Source: the human T2T-CHM13v2.0 reference genome, Homo sapiens
Reading direction: 5' to 3' (one strand)
Length of the DNA stretch: 64,000 nt
NCBI RefSeq assembly: GCF_009914755.1
Contig: NC_060931.1
Positions 31,501-44,405 of this stretch are shown one piece after another. The stretch's first letter is position 1. Each line of letters opens with the position of its first letter. The notes beneath the pieces were generated by a model that worked only from the letters and a program-made list of their open reading frames with translations, was not told the DNA's origin and did not search any database. The translations under genes and the position numbers were made by a program.

Positions 31501-31815
31501 AAAATAGGAAATACAGAAAGACTATATAAATCTAATCAATACTGGGTATGATTCTTAAGTGAACAATTTCTATTTAACATACTATATGCCCCTGGTTTAT
31601 AAGTTTACAAAAAAAAAAAGGGGACATTTATGTTTAGCCAAGGATGGTTTAAATGCAGGTACTTAATGAAGAGCAGACTTATACCAATAGCTGCTCATCC
31701 TGGAACCCAGTGATGCCTGTTACTTCCTGAAATTCACATTGGCAACATCACTTTTGATAACCAATAGCCGCTGTAGTAACAAAGACCTGGGAGCAGAGAT
31801 CATTCACCCAGTAAG

Positions 31816-32291
31816 TGCTGTGAGTTGAATTGTGGCTTCTAAAAAGATATGTCCATGTCCTAAACCTTATAACCCATAAATGTGACCTTATTTGGAAAAA
31901 GAATCTAAACAAATCTAAGTAAGTTAAAAATCTTGAGATGGGTTCATCTTGGATTATGTAATTGAACCCTAATCTAATGACAAATATCAGGAAAAGACAG
32001 AGGGAGATTGAAGGCAGACAGAAGAGAGAGGATGTGGACTACAGTAGAAGTCCCTGTGAAGACTAAGGCAGACTGGAGTGATGGGCCACAAATCAGGGAA
32101 TGCCTGGAGCCACCAGAGCTGCAGGGGATAAGAAAAGATTCTCTCCTAGAGACTTTGGAGTCAGCATAACCCTGTGGATACCCTGTTTTTGGACTTCTGG
32201 CCTCTAGAACTGTGAGAGAATTTTGTTTTGTTTTGTTTTAAGCTACCAAATTCATGATAAATTGTTTTGGCAGCTGCAGGAAATTAATGCA
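31816..32291 (+). mobile_element. MaLR solo LTR, MLT1C/D-like
   Basis: gttgaattgtg...aatgtgaccttatttggaaa...ggacttctggcctctagaactgtgagag...gcaggaaattaatgca. Confidence 0.85.
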
Positions 32292-32977
32292 CCATGACTT
32301 GCAAGCCCTTCTGAAACAGCAGATAAAAATATAGAATCATTGCATGTCAATAAATGTTACCTTTCAGTTTAGAGAGGAAAAGCAAGCCTGAGCTATAAGT
32401 ATAAGCCTGGAAAATGGAAAATGTTTTATGAATGGTACAGAATTGACAGTGGTGCAGGCTGTTCCATTTCAAGCTAGGAGGAATGACATATAGACAACCA
32501 AAGAAGAAAGCAAAAGGCAGATTAACTGACCCAGAAGAAAGTTTAACGTCATAAGTCAGACATACTGAATCATTAGGACAAAATATTTTTATAGATCGAT
32601 TGAGCTATAACTAAAAACACTGCATAGAGAAAAATCTTATAAAACCTTCATATACAAGATTGAATAATTAGCACATTTCCAAGAATGTGTGAAAAGGAGT
32701 GAGGGGGTTCCCAGTGTGTCTTGATTTTGTCTTCTGATAAGGTTTCCTGAAATAAATACACAGGCTCCTCATGGGTCGATCCAATGTGTGTGTCTGCTCA
32801 CAGACTGTATTCTGGGCGATCTACAGATACAGGCACAAAACTCCAAAACTCACCTTGCATTTTATTGTTTGTATTGTTCCAGTTCATTTTTTTTTAAATA
32901 ATATTTTTTAGTTCAAACAGTTCTATTTTTGGTTCTGCACCATGATTTCTCATTAATTGTGAACTAAGGCAAGTGTC

Positions 32978-33296
<319 letters not shown>

Positions 33297-33802
33297 TGAT
33301 GGTATCAGTCTATGAGGATTCACTGCCCATGGTACAAGAGTGTCAGCATCCATGCTGATTGACTGTGGGAAATCCAGGATTGAGCTGGGGCTTCCCTCCC
33401 CAAGAATGAGCTGCGGTTTCACTCTGTTGCCATTTTCATCTGAGGAGACATCTTGCCTTGAATGGATTCTGTGGTCTTATCAGAAGGTCACGGCAGGTTA
33501 CCCCTTGCCATCTTAGGCATGGAGTCTTTCAAGATGTTATTTATTTATTTATTTTCTTCTACATTGCTTTGCCTCAAATTTGAACACAGGCCCTTGTCCC
33601 AATTCCCCAGAGTGATAGTGAAGACTGATTTCCACCTTTAAGAGATTTTACTTGAATTTGGGGAAAAATTGAAAGAGAGAAACAACTTTGACTATGACTA
33701 GTTGTGCTCCCAGTCTCCCAAGCCAAGAAGGGTGACACCACAGCTTCACTCCCAGATTTCTATCATTTTGATAGGCTCCTCCTCCAAATAAAAATTTCTC
33801 CT

Positions 33803-34087
33803 GGTGGGCCCGGTGGCTCACACCTGTAATCCCAGCACTTTGGGAAGCCGAGGCAAGTGGATCACCTGAGGTCAGGGATTCAAGACCAGCATGGTGAAAC
33901 CCTGTCTCTATTAAAAATACAAAAATTAGCTGGGCGTGGTGGTGGGTGCCTGTAATCCCAGCTACTCAGGAGGCTGAGGCAGAAGAATTGCTTGAACCGG
34001 GAGGCAGAGGTTGCAATGAGCCAGGGTCACACCACTGACTCCAGCCTGGGTGACAGAGTGAGATTCCATCTCCAAAACAACAAAAAA
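33803..34087 (+). mobile_element. AluS
   Basis: Sense Alu; TSD aatttctcct. Confidence 0.95.
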
Positions 34088-34224
34088 GAATTTCTCCTCA
34101 GCCTCAAAAACCAGGCTTCAAAATAGAAAGAGGACTACCCTAATCAATCATCACACTCCTCTCTATCTCAGCCTAACCTTTGAACAAAAGAAAAAACATG
34201 TTGAAAGCAAAATGTTTAGCTAAA

Positions 34225-35812
34225 GTTCATCTCATCCTGTGGCAACTCCTCCTTCTTTCCAGATAACCAAGCCAATACTTCTAGAGTCATCTCTGAATTC
34301 TCCCTTTCTCTCACATTGGATGTGGGCTCTGTCAAATCTTGTTACTTCTAATTTCAATATATATCCAGAAACTGAACTCTTCTCAGACTCTCCCACTACC
34401 ATTTATTCCAAGCACCCATCACTTTTTGTCTGACTTAATGAAGTAGCCTCCTAATTTGCCGCCTTGTCTAGACCTTGCTTTCCCTACCCCTAATGCTATG
34501 TTCTCCACCCGAGTTAAAAAGACACTTTTACTATTTAGGTCCACTTATTTTACAACGCTACTTGGGACCCTCCACTCCTTCCTATTACCAGCCCTGGCTC
34601 GAGCCCCACATTTTTAAGCCTCACTCAGCCCCTCCTGTCACTGACAGTTGTCTTCAAGAGCCAAGAGACGGTGATCATACAGAGCCCCTCTCTTTTCTCT
34701 CTCGCCCTGCTGCTGCAATATGAGTAGCTTGGACAGGCATTCTCTGACCAAATGATCACTTCTAGCACTTCTAGCAGATCACTTCTGCTAGAGCCTCTTC
34801 TCTGTCTGTCCTCTCTGGGATAACCTGAGTAAGATCTGTCTATACCTCTAAGCTTAAAAGATGGCGAAGGGGCAAGGTCAAGGGTGTGGCTGTGGATCTC
34901 TATTTTCCCTCTTGCCCTGGCCCCAGAGCTGTTAGAGACTGATCTGTGCTTCCCAGGTCCCCAGAGAAAAGTCATAACTTTAAAGTCCCCCAAGGCTATA
35001 TCAGATTTGTCCCGCCCCCGTATCTCTCCAATCTCATCTGCTCCAAACTTCTGAGCCTCCTTGCTGTTCCGGGAATACATAGACAGATTTACATCTCTGG
35101 GCTTTTACACTAGCAATTCCCTCTGCCTGGAATTCTCCCTCCATCTCTTTTCCTTATATTGTTTTGCTTCCTAGCACATTATCATCTTATAATATGCCAT
35201 ATTATATAGTAATATAATATTGTACATAAATATATAAACAGCATAATGCTAATGTGTATCTCATACAAATATAAAATAAAAACAAGTCAAAGATTTTATT
35301 TTGTTTATTAACTAATGAGTGAACAGTAAGATGTTAAAGCTGGTTCATTGAGATTTATATTCTTTACTTGAGAAAATTAATATTCATTGCTATGCCCAGG
35401 AAGCATTTGCTTTGCTATGGATAGGAAATTATGCGTTCTTATCAGTTTCTACACTTCAATTCTGTCCCTACAGAGTTGTAAAATAGCCTAGTCAATCAAA
35501 AACAGTTCAAGGTGAACACCTTATAGATTCCGATAAACTCTGGAGTAGACAAGGCATTCCACTGAGAGGACAGCCAGTGATTCCTTTTACCCAGGCTCGT
35601 CTTGGACACATTAAGTTTTGCCAATAACTATATACTCATATTCTATATTAATATACTAACTAGTATTAAAATATGGCTAACTTTCTATATTAGAATGTAA
35701 GTTCCTTAAAGGCAAACATTTCTACACTTCCTTTAGTTGCTATATCTCTCATGTCTCGAACACTGGCTAGGACATGGTAAGCATTTAGTAAATTCTTGTT
35801 GAATAAATGAGT
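34225..35812 (+). mobile_element. Fragmented L2 with two intervening inserts
   Basis: L2 segments ~34225-34510, ~34975-35190 and ~35690-35812 (ends aaattcttgttgaataaatga). Confidence 0.6.
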
Positions 35813-36123
35813 TAAAAACTTCACCAGTATATGCAATAGATGCATGGAAATAAAGGCATCTAAATCTACATAGAGAAAAACGTGATTATCCCAAAATATA
35901 GCATAGTCTTTGAGACTTCATATGAAATTTGCCATCACATTTTGTTTTAAGTAGAATGCTTAACTGCATATCTTCACCTTTCTTCAAGGCTCCAATCAAT
36001 CACCAAAACAATAAATGGATTCTTACATTATATTTACATAATAAGCATACCTATAGTGTTTTGTTTTTTTGAAAGCCCCCAAGGTAAATTCAAGTTTCTA
36101 CCTATTGGTACGGGACCGGCAGA

Positions 36124-36157
36124 GGGGGGGTGGGGGGTGGGGGGGGGGGAAGGGGGG
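36124..36157 (+). repeat. G-rich tract G7-T-G6-T-G11-AA-G6 (G-quadruplex motif)
   Basis: Read directly; four G-runs of 6 or more with 1-2 nt loops. Confidence 0.9.
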
Positions 36158-36263
36158 AAAACAGCTGGCTTGTTTTCCTCCCCACGTTTTCAAAAATCTT
36201 GGAATCTAGAAGGCCTGGGGGCCTAATTACAAATGAGCTTTTTATATACTTCATTGGACATTA

Positions 36264-36437
36264 AGGGACACAGGAAGTTTTCCATAAAGAAACTTATTTT
36301 TTTAATTTTTAGCTGAGTCCAGCTTACAAAATCTTTGTAAGAGAACATGAAAGAAGAACAAGTCTCATTTTGATACATTTTATGTTTGACCAGAAGGGCT
36401 CCGCAGTTCAATTGCTTAGCTTCCAGGTAAGAATTTC
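36264..36437 (+). repeat. Inverted duplication, arm 1
   Basis: Reverse complement of 37883-38057; manual alignment gives 18 mismatches and 1 gap. Confidence 0.93.
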
Positions 36438-36943
36438 AGTGGATCTCTTTTTCCTGTTCTTGGGTTTTTCTCAAGGGTAGACCAGCTATCTTTACCAATC
36501 TCATTAGTAAGTATTTTTAAAAAGAAGGCAAAAAGCAAATAAACAAAATCCCCCCTCCAAAAGTTCATCAATGCTCTTGCAACCTCAAAAACAAATTTAA
36601 ACACATTTTTATAGGAAATGGTTACATGAAACTCTTTACTTAGCTAAATTGCTTGTGCATTCATTGAATGCAAGAATTAAAGATCTAGCTAGTTAAAATC
36701 CTACTCTATAAGGAAGTTGAAACTTTCTAAGCTTCTATCCAAACTGGAATTTGGCATATTGAGCCCCCAAAAAGATACTCTGAAGACAATATGTAGGAGG
36801 AAAGAAAACAAATGCATACATTTATTGAGTGTTTATCATGTTCCTGATGGCGTGCTAGCAATTTTCAAACACTTTTTATGTAATTTTCACAATAATCCTA
36901 GGAGATAGTTATCATCCTCCTCAACCTCATCACCATCCTGGTA

Positions 36944-37510
36944 CAGCCGGTCCTCAAATAAGCTCTCTTCTTTCAACGTGGTCTTGTTATAAGGTCATTA
37001 CACATTTTTTTGTTCTAACACTGACCGTGTGGAGTTCCCACATTCTCCCCATGTCTGTTGTAGGTTTTCTCCAGGCCCTCCAGTTTTTTCCCATATCCCA
37101 AAGATGTGCATGTTGGGCTAACTGGTATGTCTAAAGTGTCCTGGTGTGAGTGTACCCTGAGATTGGAGGGCGTCTTGTCCAGGGCTGGTTCCACATTGTG
37201 CCCTGAGCTGCTGGGGTATACTCCGGCCACCCAAGGCCCTGAACTAAAATAACTCAGTAAATATAACAATTATTTTACTTGTTTTAATTAATCTTCCTAA
37301 ATGTATGTATTGCTCGCATTTATTTCAATGTTTAATGTTTTGGTCTTTATCTAGAAGTTTGGTGATGTTTGTGTGACCAGAAATATGCCGTAAGAAGCTA
37401 AGTATTTTTAACATCAATTCGCCTATGGGAAAATTGGTTTTCTCATAGTTGATTCTCTTAAAGTCACCGTTTCCAAGAAATTATCAATGATGTTAAGTGA
37501 GGACTTACTG
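36944..37510 (+). mobile_element. MER6A-like Tigger element inserted into a MIR
   Basis: TA|cagccggtcctc...taagtgaggacttactg|TA; internal gtgtggagttcccacattctccccatgtct; MIR halves on both sides (~36815-36940, ~37513-37620). Confidence 0.85.
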
Positions 37511-37882
37511 TATATGAGGAAATTGAAGCTCATGACATCAAATAACTTGGTCAAAGTCACAGAGCTGGGGAGGAACCCAGGCAGGGTTCAGAACTAAGAG
37601 TCTGAGGCTCCTATCCTTTTGCTCGTTACAACTGGGAAGCTGCAACCCATATCATTTTATTCTCTTCTGTTTTATTCTGTGCTCTGTAAATTGGCAGTGA
37701 GGCTTAAAGTACTGCAGGAAGGAGAAATAGAAATGGAAGAGATTTCAATCATACTCATCTTTAAAATATACATTTTCAAGATGTTACAATTACCCATTGT
37801 CAATGTATGAAAATGGTATCCAGTGAGCTTCAGATTAGGGCTACAAATATTGATTGATGGGTGCCACAATCAGCCTGACCTG

Positions 37883-38057
37883 GAAATTCTGACCTGGAAA
37901 CAAAGTAATTGAACTGAGGAGCCCTTCTGGTCAAACATAAAATGTATCGAAACTAGACTTATTCTTCTTTCATGTTCTCTTACAAAGATTTTTTAAGCTA
38001 GGCTCAACTGAAAATTAAAAATAATAAGTTTATTTATGGAAAACTTCTTGCATCCCT
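37883..38057 (-). repeat. Inverted duplication, arm 2
   Basis: For example ggagcccttctggtcaaacataaaatgtatc is the exact reverse complement of gatacattttatgtttgaccagaagggctcc in arm 1. Confidence 0.93.
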
Positions 38058-38752
38058 AAAACTTTTAATGGATGCCACCATCAAAGGTTTCTTGCCTGGA
38101 AATTTCTTAATTCCTCTTATTCAATTGAAAGGGGCTTTGCCAGTAGAATTTGTAATTCTATTGAATTACATAAAGGAGTACATGAAGAAGTTTCTTGACA
38201 GGCTTCTAAACAAAATAGCAATGTGGCTGTGGACAATTCTTGCATGTGTATCTCATTTTTTGCTGGCGAGCATAATTCTTTTACCTGGCTTCACTTGGCG
38301 GTTGAAAGAATACAATGAGGTAGAAGATAAAAAAATGTTTTCCAAAATCTAATTTTAAAAATTGTTGAATGATACCATCATAAGACATGGTACAACACAA
38401 AAATCCATGTTTTCAACTTGTCCTTCTCTGTCTTCAGTGAGATGTGTGCCACTGTCACCTATGGCTGAAGCTGTTCCTTCCTGCAATGAGAGCAGCAGGG
38501 AGAAGAGGGCATAGACCTTCCACAGTGAATCCTCACAAAAACACTGAGAACTCATTATTGTTCCCATTTTATAAGTGAGAGAACTAAAGGCCAGAAATTC
38601 CAAATCACTGGTTCAAGTTCATTTAAGTGAAACTCAATCTTTTACCACTAAACTCTAAGCTGTATGTTCATTTTCCCATGCCATATCCTGTGATTCTGGA
38701 GCTTATACTCCAGAATCCCCACATCTATCCATTAAAGTCCTTGCTGAAATGA

Positions 38753-39496
38753 TGTAACTGCCTGATGGGTTCTTCTCTGCCACTTCCCAGATACAGCTGA
38801 TTTATTAAGACAAGAGAATTGCAATAGAGAAAGAGTTTAATACATGTAGAGATGGTTAAACAGGAGACTGCCGTTGTATTATTACTCAGATCAGCCTCTC
38901 TAGAAATGTGAAGGCTAGAGGTTTTTAAAGATAGTTTGGTGGGCAGGGGCTAGAGAATGGGTGCTGCTGATTGGTAGGGGTGTGAAAAATGGTTGTCATG
39001 AGTCATGGGTCTGAGTGGAGCCATCCAGTCATCAGAAATCCACAGTCTGAAAAGACATCTCAAAAGGCCAGTCTTAGGCTCTATTAGATAAGTGCAAAAG
39101 TAATTGTGGTTTTAGCCATTATGGCAAAAATCACAACTATTTTTGCACCAACCTAATACAATAGTGATGTTATTTATAGGAGTACTTGGAGAAGTTAAAA
39201 AATCTCATGACCTCCATAACAATGGCTGGTAATCCACCAACATCTTAGCAGAATTCAGGCCCCTCTCATCCTCCTAAACTTTTGGTCTTTTATTAGTTTT
39301 ATAAAGGAAGTTTAGTTTGGGGAAGAACAATTGTCATTTAAAGTATAAACTAAATTTCTCCCAAAATTAGTTTGTCCCACACTCAGAAATGACCAAGGGA
39401 AATTTGGAGGTTAAAGGTAAGATAGAGTTAGTTATGGCAGATCTCTTTCACGGTCAAAATTTTCTCACTGTCATAATTTTTACAAAGGTGGTCTCA
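38753..39496 (-). mobile_element. LTR8-family (ERV1) solo LTR carrying a MADE1 insertion
   Basis: Minus strand begins TGAGACCACCTTTGTAAAAATTATGACAGTGAG; flanks atga/gtga (4-bp TSD, 1 mismatch). Confidence 0.85.
39084..39156. mobile_element. MADE1 mariner MITE (palindromic)
   Basis: TA|ttag..gtgcaaaagtaattgtggttttagccatt-atggcaaaaatcacaactatttttgcaccaacctaa|TA. Confidence 0.9.
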
Positions 39497-40759
39497 GTGA
39501 CAGGGTTTGGACAGTGCCACAGACTGGGAGACCCCCCAATCTGCAGCCATGCCTCAGAGGTAGAGATGCTGAGGGTGCCTGGGAAGGCAGTCTCTTTCAT
39601 TTGTAAGGTATAGCACATTAAACCTCTGTCAGGCACTAGCTGCTTCACTTAAGTGAGTTTGTCTCATTATCTAGTTGTTTCCCACGGTCTCAAAGTAAAG
39701 ATAATGCAACCATTAGTTTATAATCAGCAAGGACTTCAGAAAGGCCAGAATTTGGAATAAATCCTACATTTCACCTAAACCTTTCTATGAACTTAACAGC
39801 GTATGTTCATTCCTGAAGCTTATTGGTTTGTGATTGTGGTAGGTAAATTTAAAGGAAGATCTGTGGAGAAGAAAGGCTCTACATTAGACAGATAGCTGGA
39901 AATTGCTTAGCTTACACTTTGAAGAAAGTTTAAAAATTTGGTTTGATGAAACAAATGTGCCTCCTGAGAGTCAAGTGCCTCTTTCTTTCATTTAACCAAA
40001 TGAATCACATGACTTGACAAGGCAAAGATATCCCAAGTCATATTGGATATGATGAAGTGTTATAAGACAAAAGAAAAGAGACCATGAGTTTAGAGAAAAC
40101 CTTTTCCTTTTGTAAAAAATAAAAAAGAAACAAAGGGAGATGAATGCAAAACAGTTGTGGCCATTTGAAAATCTTGTTTTGTATATAATGCCCATGTGCA
40201 CAGATCCGTGTTTTAAAATAAATCTGAACATTTACCCGAGCCTCAATTTAGGTCCACTACTATTTGTTCTGCCTGTTTTTATCATGATTTAAGCTTTGTG
40301 TTTTATTGTGCAGAAGGACTATGTGGCAGGCTAATGGTCTAAATACCTATGTCTCATTTTATAAATATTTATTGCCAACTGGTACATTCGTATCTTTGAA
40401 GTCACAGGCATGGCCCACTGGGAGCCCACACCTCCCTCCTCTGGCCTGTGGAGGATGACTTCCCCAGCACTCTTGTTTACATCAGGATAGCTTCAACGTG
40501 GAGTGATTTTTTAAAAAATCTACATCTTTTCACATCACTCATCTTTGCTCTGTTATATTTTTTCCCTCCTTCACCTTACATCTCATGCAGTGAAGGCCAG
40601 AAGTACTAAACCAAACAACCTAATCTGTGTTGCCCTTGAATTAAAGCATTGGTTCAGGATGAGCTAGCTGATCATTCATAACCTGCCTGGGGTTGCTGCA
40701 AAGGGCCGACAGGGTCTGGGGGAGAGAAATGAACAAAACTCAGAAGAGAAACTCAACAT

Positions 40760-41900
<1,141 letters not shown>

Positions 41901-41929
41901 AGAAATTTAAAATACTGTTCAGAGGAGCA

Positions 41930-42240
41930 GAATTCTACTTCTGGGTAGATGGAGTAGACTTACTTTTTCCTCTTCCTCCCACTAAGTAGAACTAAAAACC
42001 CTGGATGTTATGTATAAAATAAACTCGAGAAGACTTTGAAGGATGGAAAAAAAGGATGCAGAACTATTGGAACCTTACAACGAGAGGAACAGCATAATGG
42101 TGAGTTCTCTGGGTTTGTTTGTTTTTTTCCTAGATCTGAGACCTGAAACTGAAGAAGTTGGCAATCTGGAAACAACAACATACACAGACAAAAAAGCCCA
42201 ACAAAGCCTGTTTTTTCTAATCAGGCTTTGGTATCTCAGG
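41930..42240 (+). mobile_element. Possible old L1M 5'-end fragment
   Basis: acttctgggtagatggagtagac...aactaaaaaccctgga resembles L1M 5' termini. Confidence 0.4.
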
Positions 42241-43321
42241 ATACCAGGGTGAACCATGGTTATTGACCAAGTGCAGGGAAAGGAAAATGGTCTCCCCCAA
42301 ATCCTGTACCACCGACATCAGATTCCTCTGCCCAAGTCTTGAGCAGCATTCATCCTATCCAGCTCACCCAATTGTTCAAATGCACAACTAATTTTTTTGC
42401 CACATTTTAGAAATTGTATTCCTTAAAATGACCAGTCTCTTGATTCTCAGGTCACAAGACCCAGAACAAGCATTTCATTTTGGGCCTTCCATGTCCTGTC
42501 CTCTGTTCTCTTCATTTAGCCTTTAATCTCTCACTGCTGGAGTCACTATCTGTTTTCTAAACTTACTTCATTTCTGCCTTCCAGTCAAAATGAGCGCTTC
42601 TAACTTCCTACCAAAACCTGTCATCTGTTTTTGGCTCAATTTTAACAACTTCACCAGCCCTGACTTGCCTTACTACAAACCTGGAAGACTCTGAGACTCT
42701 GGTTCAAATTTCTAGGAAGTTTCTGGTTGATCTTTCTTCTGATGATAGACATGAAGACCTTTCTCCATATTTCCAATAAAAAGCTAATCCATGCTCACAC
42801 ATTTGACTCCTCTCCTCTTGCCCCCATCGTGCCACCAAGCTCCTCTGTTGTTCAAAAGCCTTCTAGTAGGTTATTTCCTCCATTCTCATCAGTCTGAGTT
42901 GATATACACAATATTTATTTTCTTCTCTATCTTGCCTTTTCTGGAAGCATGCAATTCCACAGTACTCACCCCAGATAATGGACTTCTGTTCTAGATTCGT
43001 ATGTCCGCCACATGCAAGCTGAATGACTTGGGCAAGTTTAAGAAATATATCGATAATTAAAATCTTTAGAATGATAAGGTCAACTGTGATTGTGGGTCTG
43101 TATCTTGAACTTTAAATACTTTATATCTAAACTTTACAATAAGTCACAAGGAAGGTATTATTATTTAAAATTTACAAATAAGAAATGAGATTTAAAGGAT
43201 TTGGGAGGAGGGTTCAGTTCCTCGCTTCAGGTGCCTCTCCACAAGGCCTCTCATAAGACAGCATCTGGCTTCCCCCTGAAGGAGCACTTGGGGAGGGAGA
43301 GAGAAAGAGGGAGACAGAAGC

Positions 43322-43841
43322 TGTTACAGGAAAGGGGTCCCGATCCAGACCCCAAGAGAGTGTTCTTGGATCTCACGCAAGAAAGAATTCAGGGCGAGTC
43401 TGCAATGCAAATTAAAAACAAGTTTATTAAGAATGTAAAGTGGTGAAAGAACAGCTACTCCATAGACAGAGTAGAGTGTTCCTGAAAGTAACAGGAGGAA
43501 CGCATCTACCCTAGGTACAATGCTTATTTAAATGGGGAGATATGCTCTGCTACAAGAGTTTGTGATAAAGGATTACTTGTCTTAATTACTATACTTTGCA
43601 AGATTCAATACTATTATCTTTAAAGCAAAATTAGGAATGCCTTTGTCATCCGGGTATCCGGATATCTGGACACTCCCAAGTCTGGGTCTATTAAGTAAAC
43701 ATCATTAATTTGTTCCCTTAACTGTAAACATCTAGAGTCCAGGAATGCCTAACTTTCTGAGAATGCAGCCCAGCACGTCTCATCCTCATTGCCCTAGCCC
43801 TCACTCAAAATGGAGTTGCTCTGGTTCCAATGCCTCTGACA
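43322..43841 (-). mobile_element. MER41 (C/D-like) ERV1 solo LTR inserted into an older MLT1 LTR
   Basis: tgttacaggaaaggggtcccgatccagaccccaagag...ttgctctggttccaatgcctctgaca; perfect TSD AAGC; MLT1-like host ~43210-43321 and ~43842-44018. Confidence 0.9.
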
Positions 43842-44372
43842 AAGCCACAGGGTCTTTTCTAATCTAATCTCAGAACTGACTTGCCATCCTCTGCAGCATC
43901 TTATTGGCCACACATACCAACCTGATATGACATGAGATGTGGGAGGGGAGGACACATGGGTGTGATACAGGAAGCCAATATCTGTGGAGGCTGTGTTAGA
44001 TAGAGACTGGCTGCCACAGCAAAATCAGGACTGGTAGATGCTCCTGTTTAATATGTTGATATTTATAAGAGTAAAATTTATACATCATTAAAAAACTCAG
44101 AAACAATAAGCACATAGTGAAAACAATAGCCTTTATATGTAGCCCACCCTCCACTATCATAACTCCACTTTCCAAAGACGAATATTTTTCAACACTTTTA
44201 GCTTTTTTTGAGTAGTTATTTTTAAGTGCTAAAGAATGTATATTTATACGATTTTTGATTCATTAACTTTAGACATTGTCTAAAGTCTAAATGACTTAGA
44301 CATTGGATAAAGACTTAGCATTCTGACTCTTAAATCCCAACAACCATCTCTTACCAACAAACACACATGTAA

Positions 44373-44400
<28 letters not shown>
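44373..44400. repeat. (AC)14 microsatellite
   Basis: Read directly. Confidence 0.97.

Positions 44401-44405
<5 letters not shown>

Noticed and set aside
34625-35080. 151-aa minus-strand ORF
   Set aside because: Straddles L2 remnants and an unassigned insert; no recognisable homology or gene structure.
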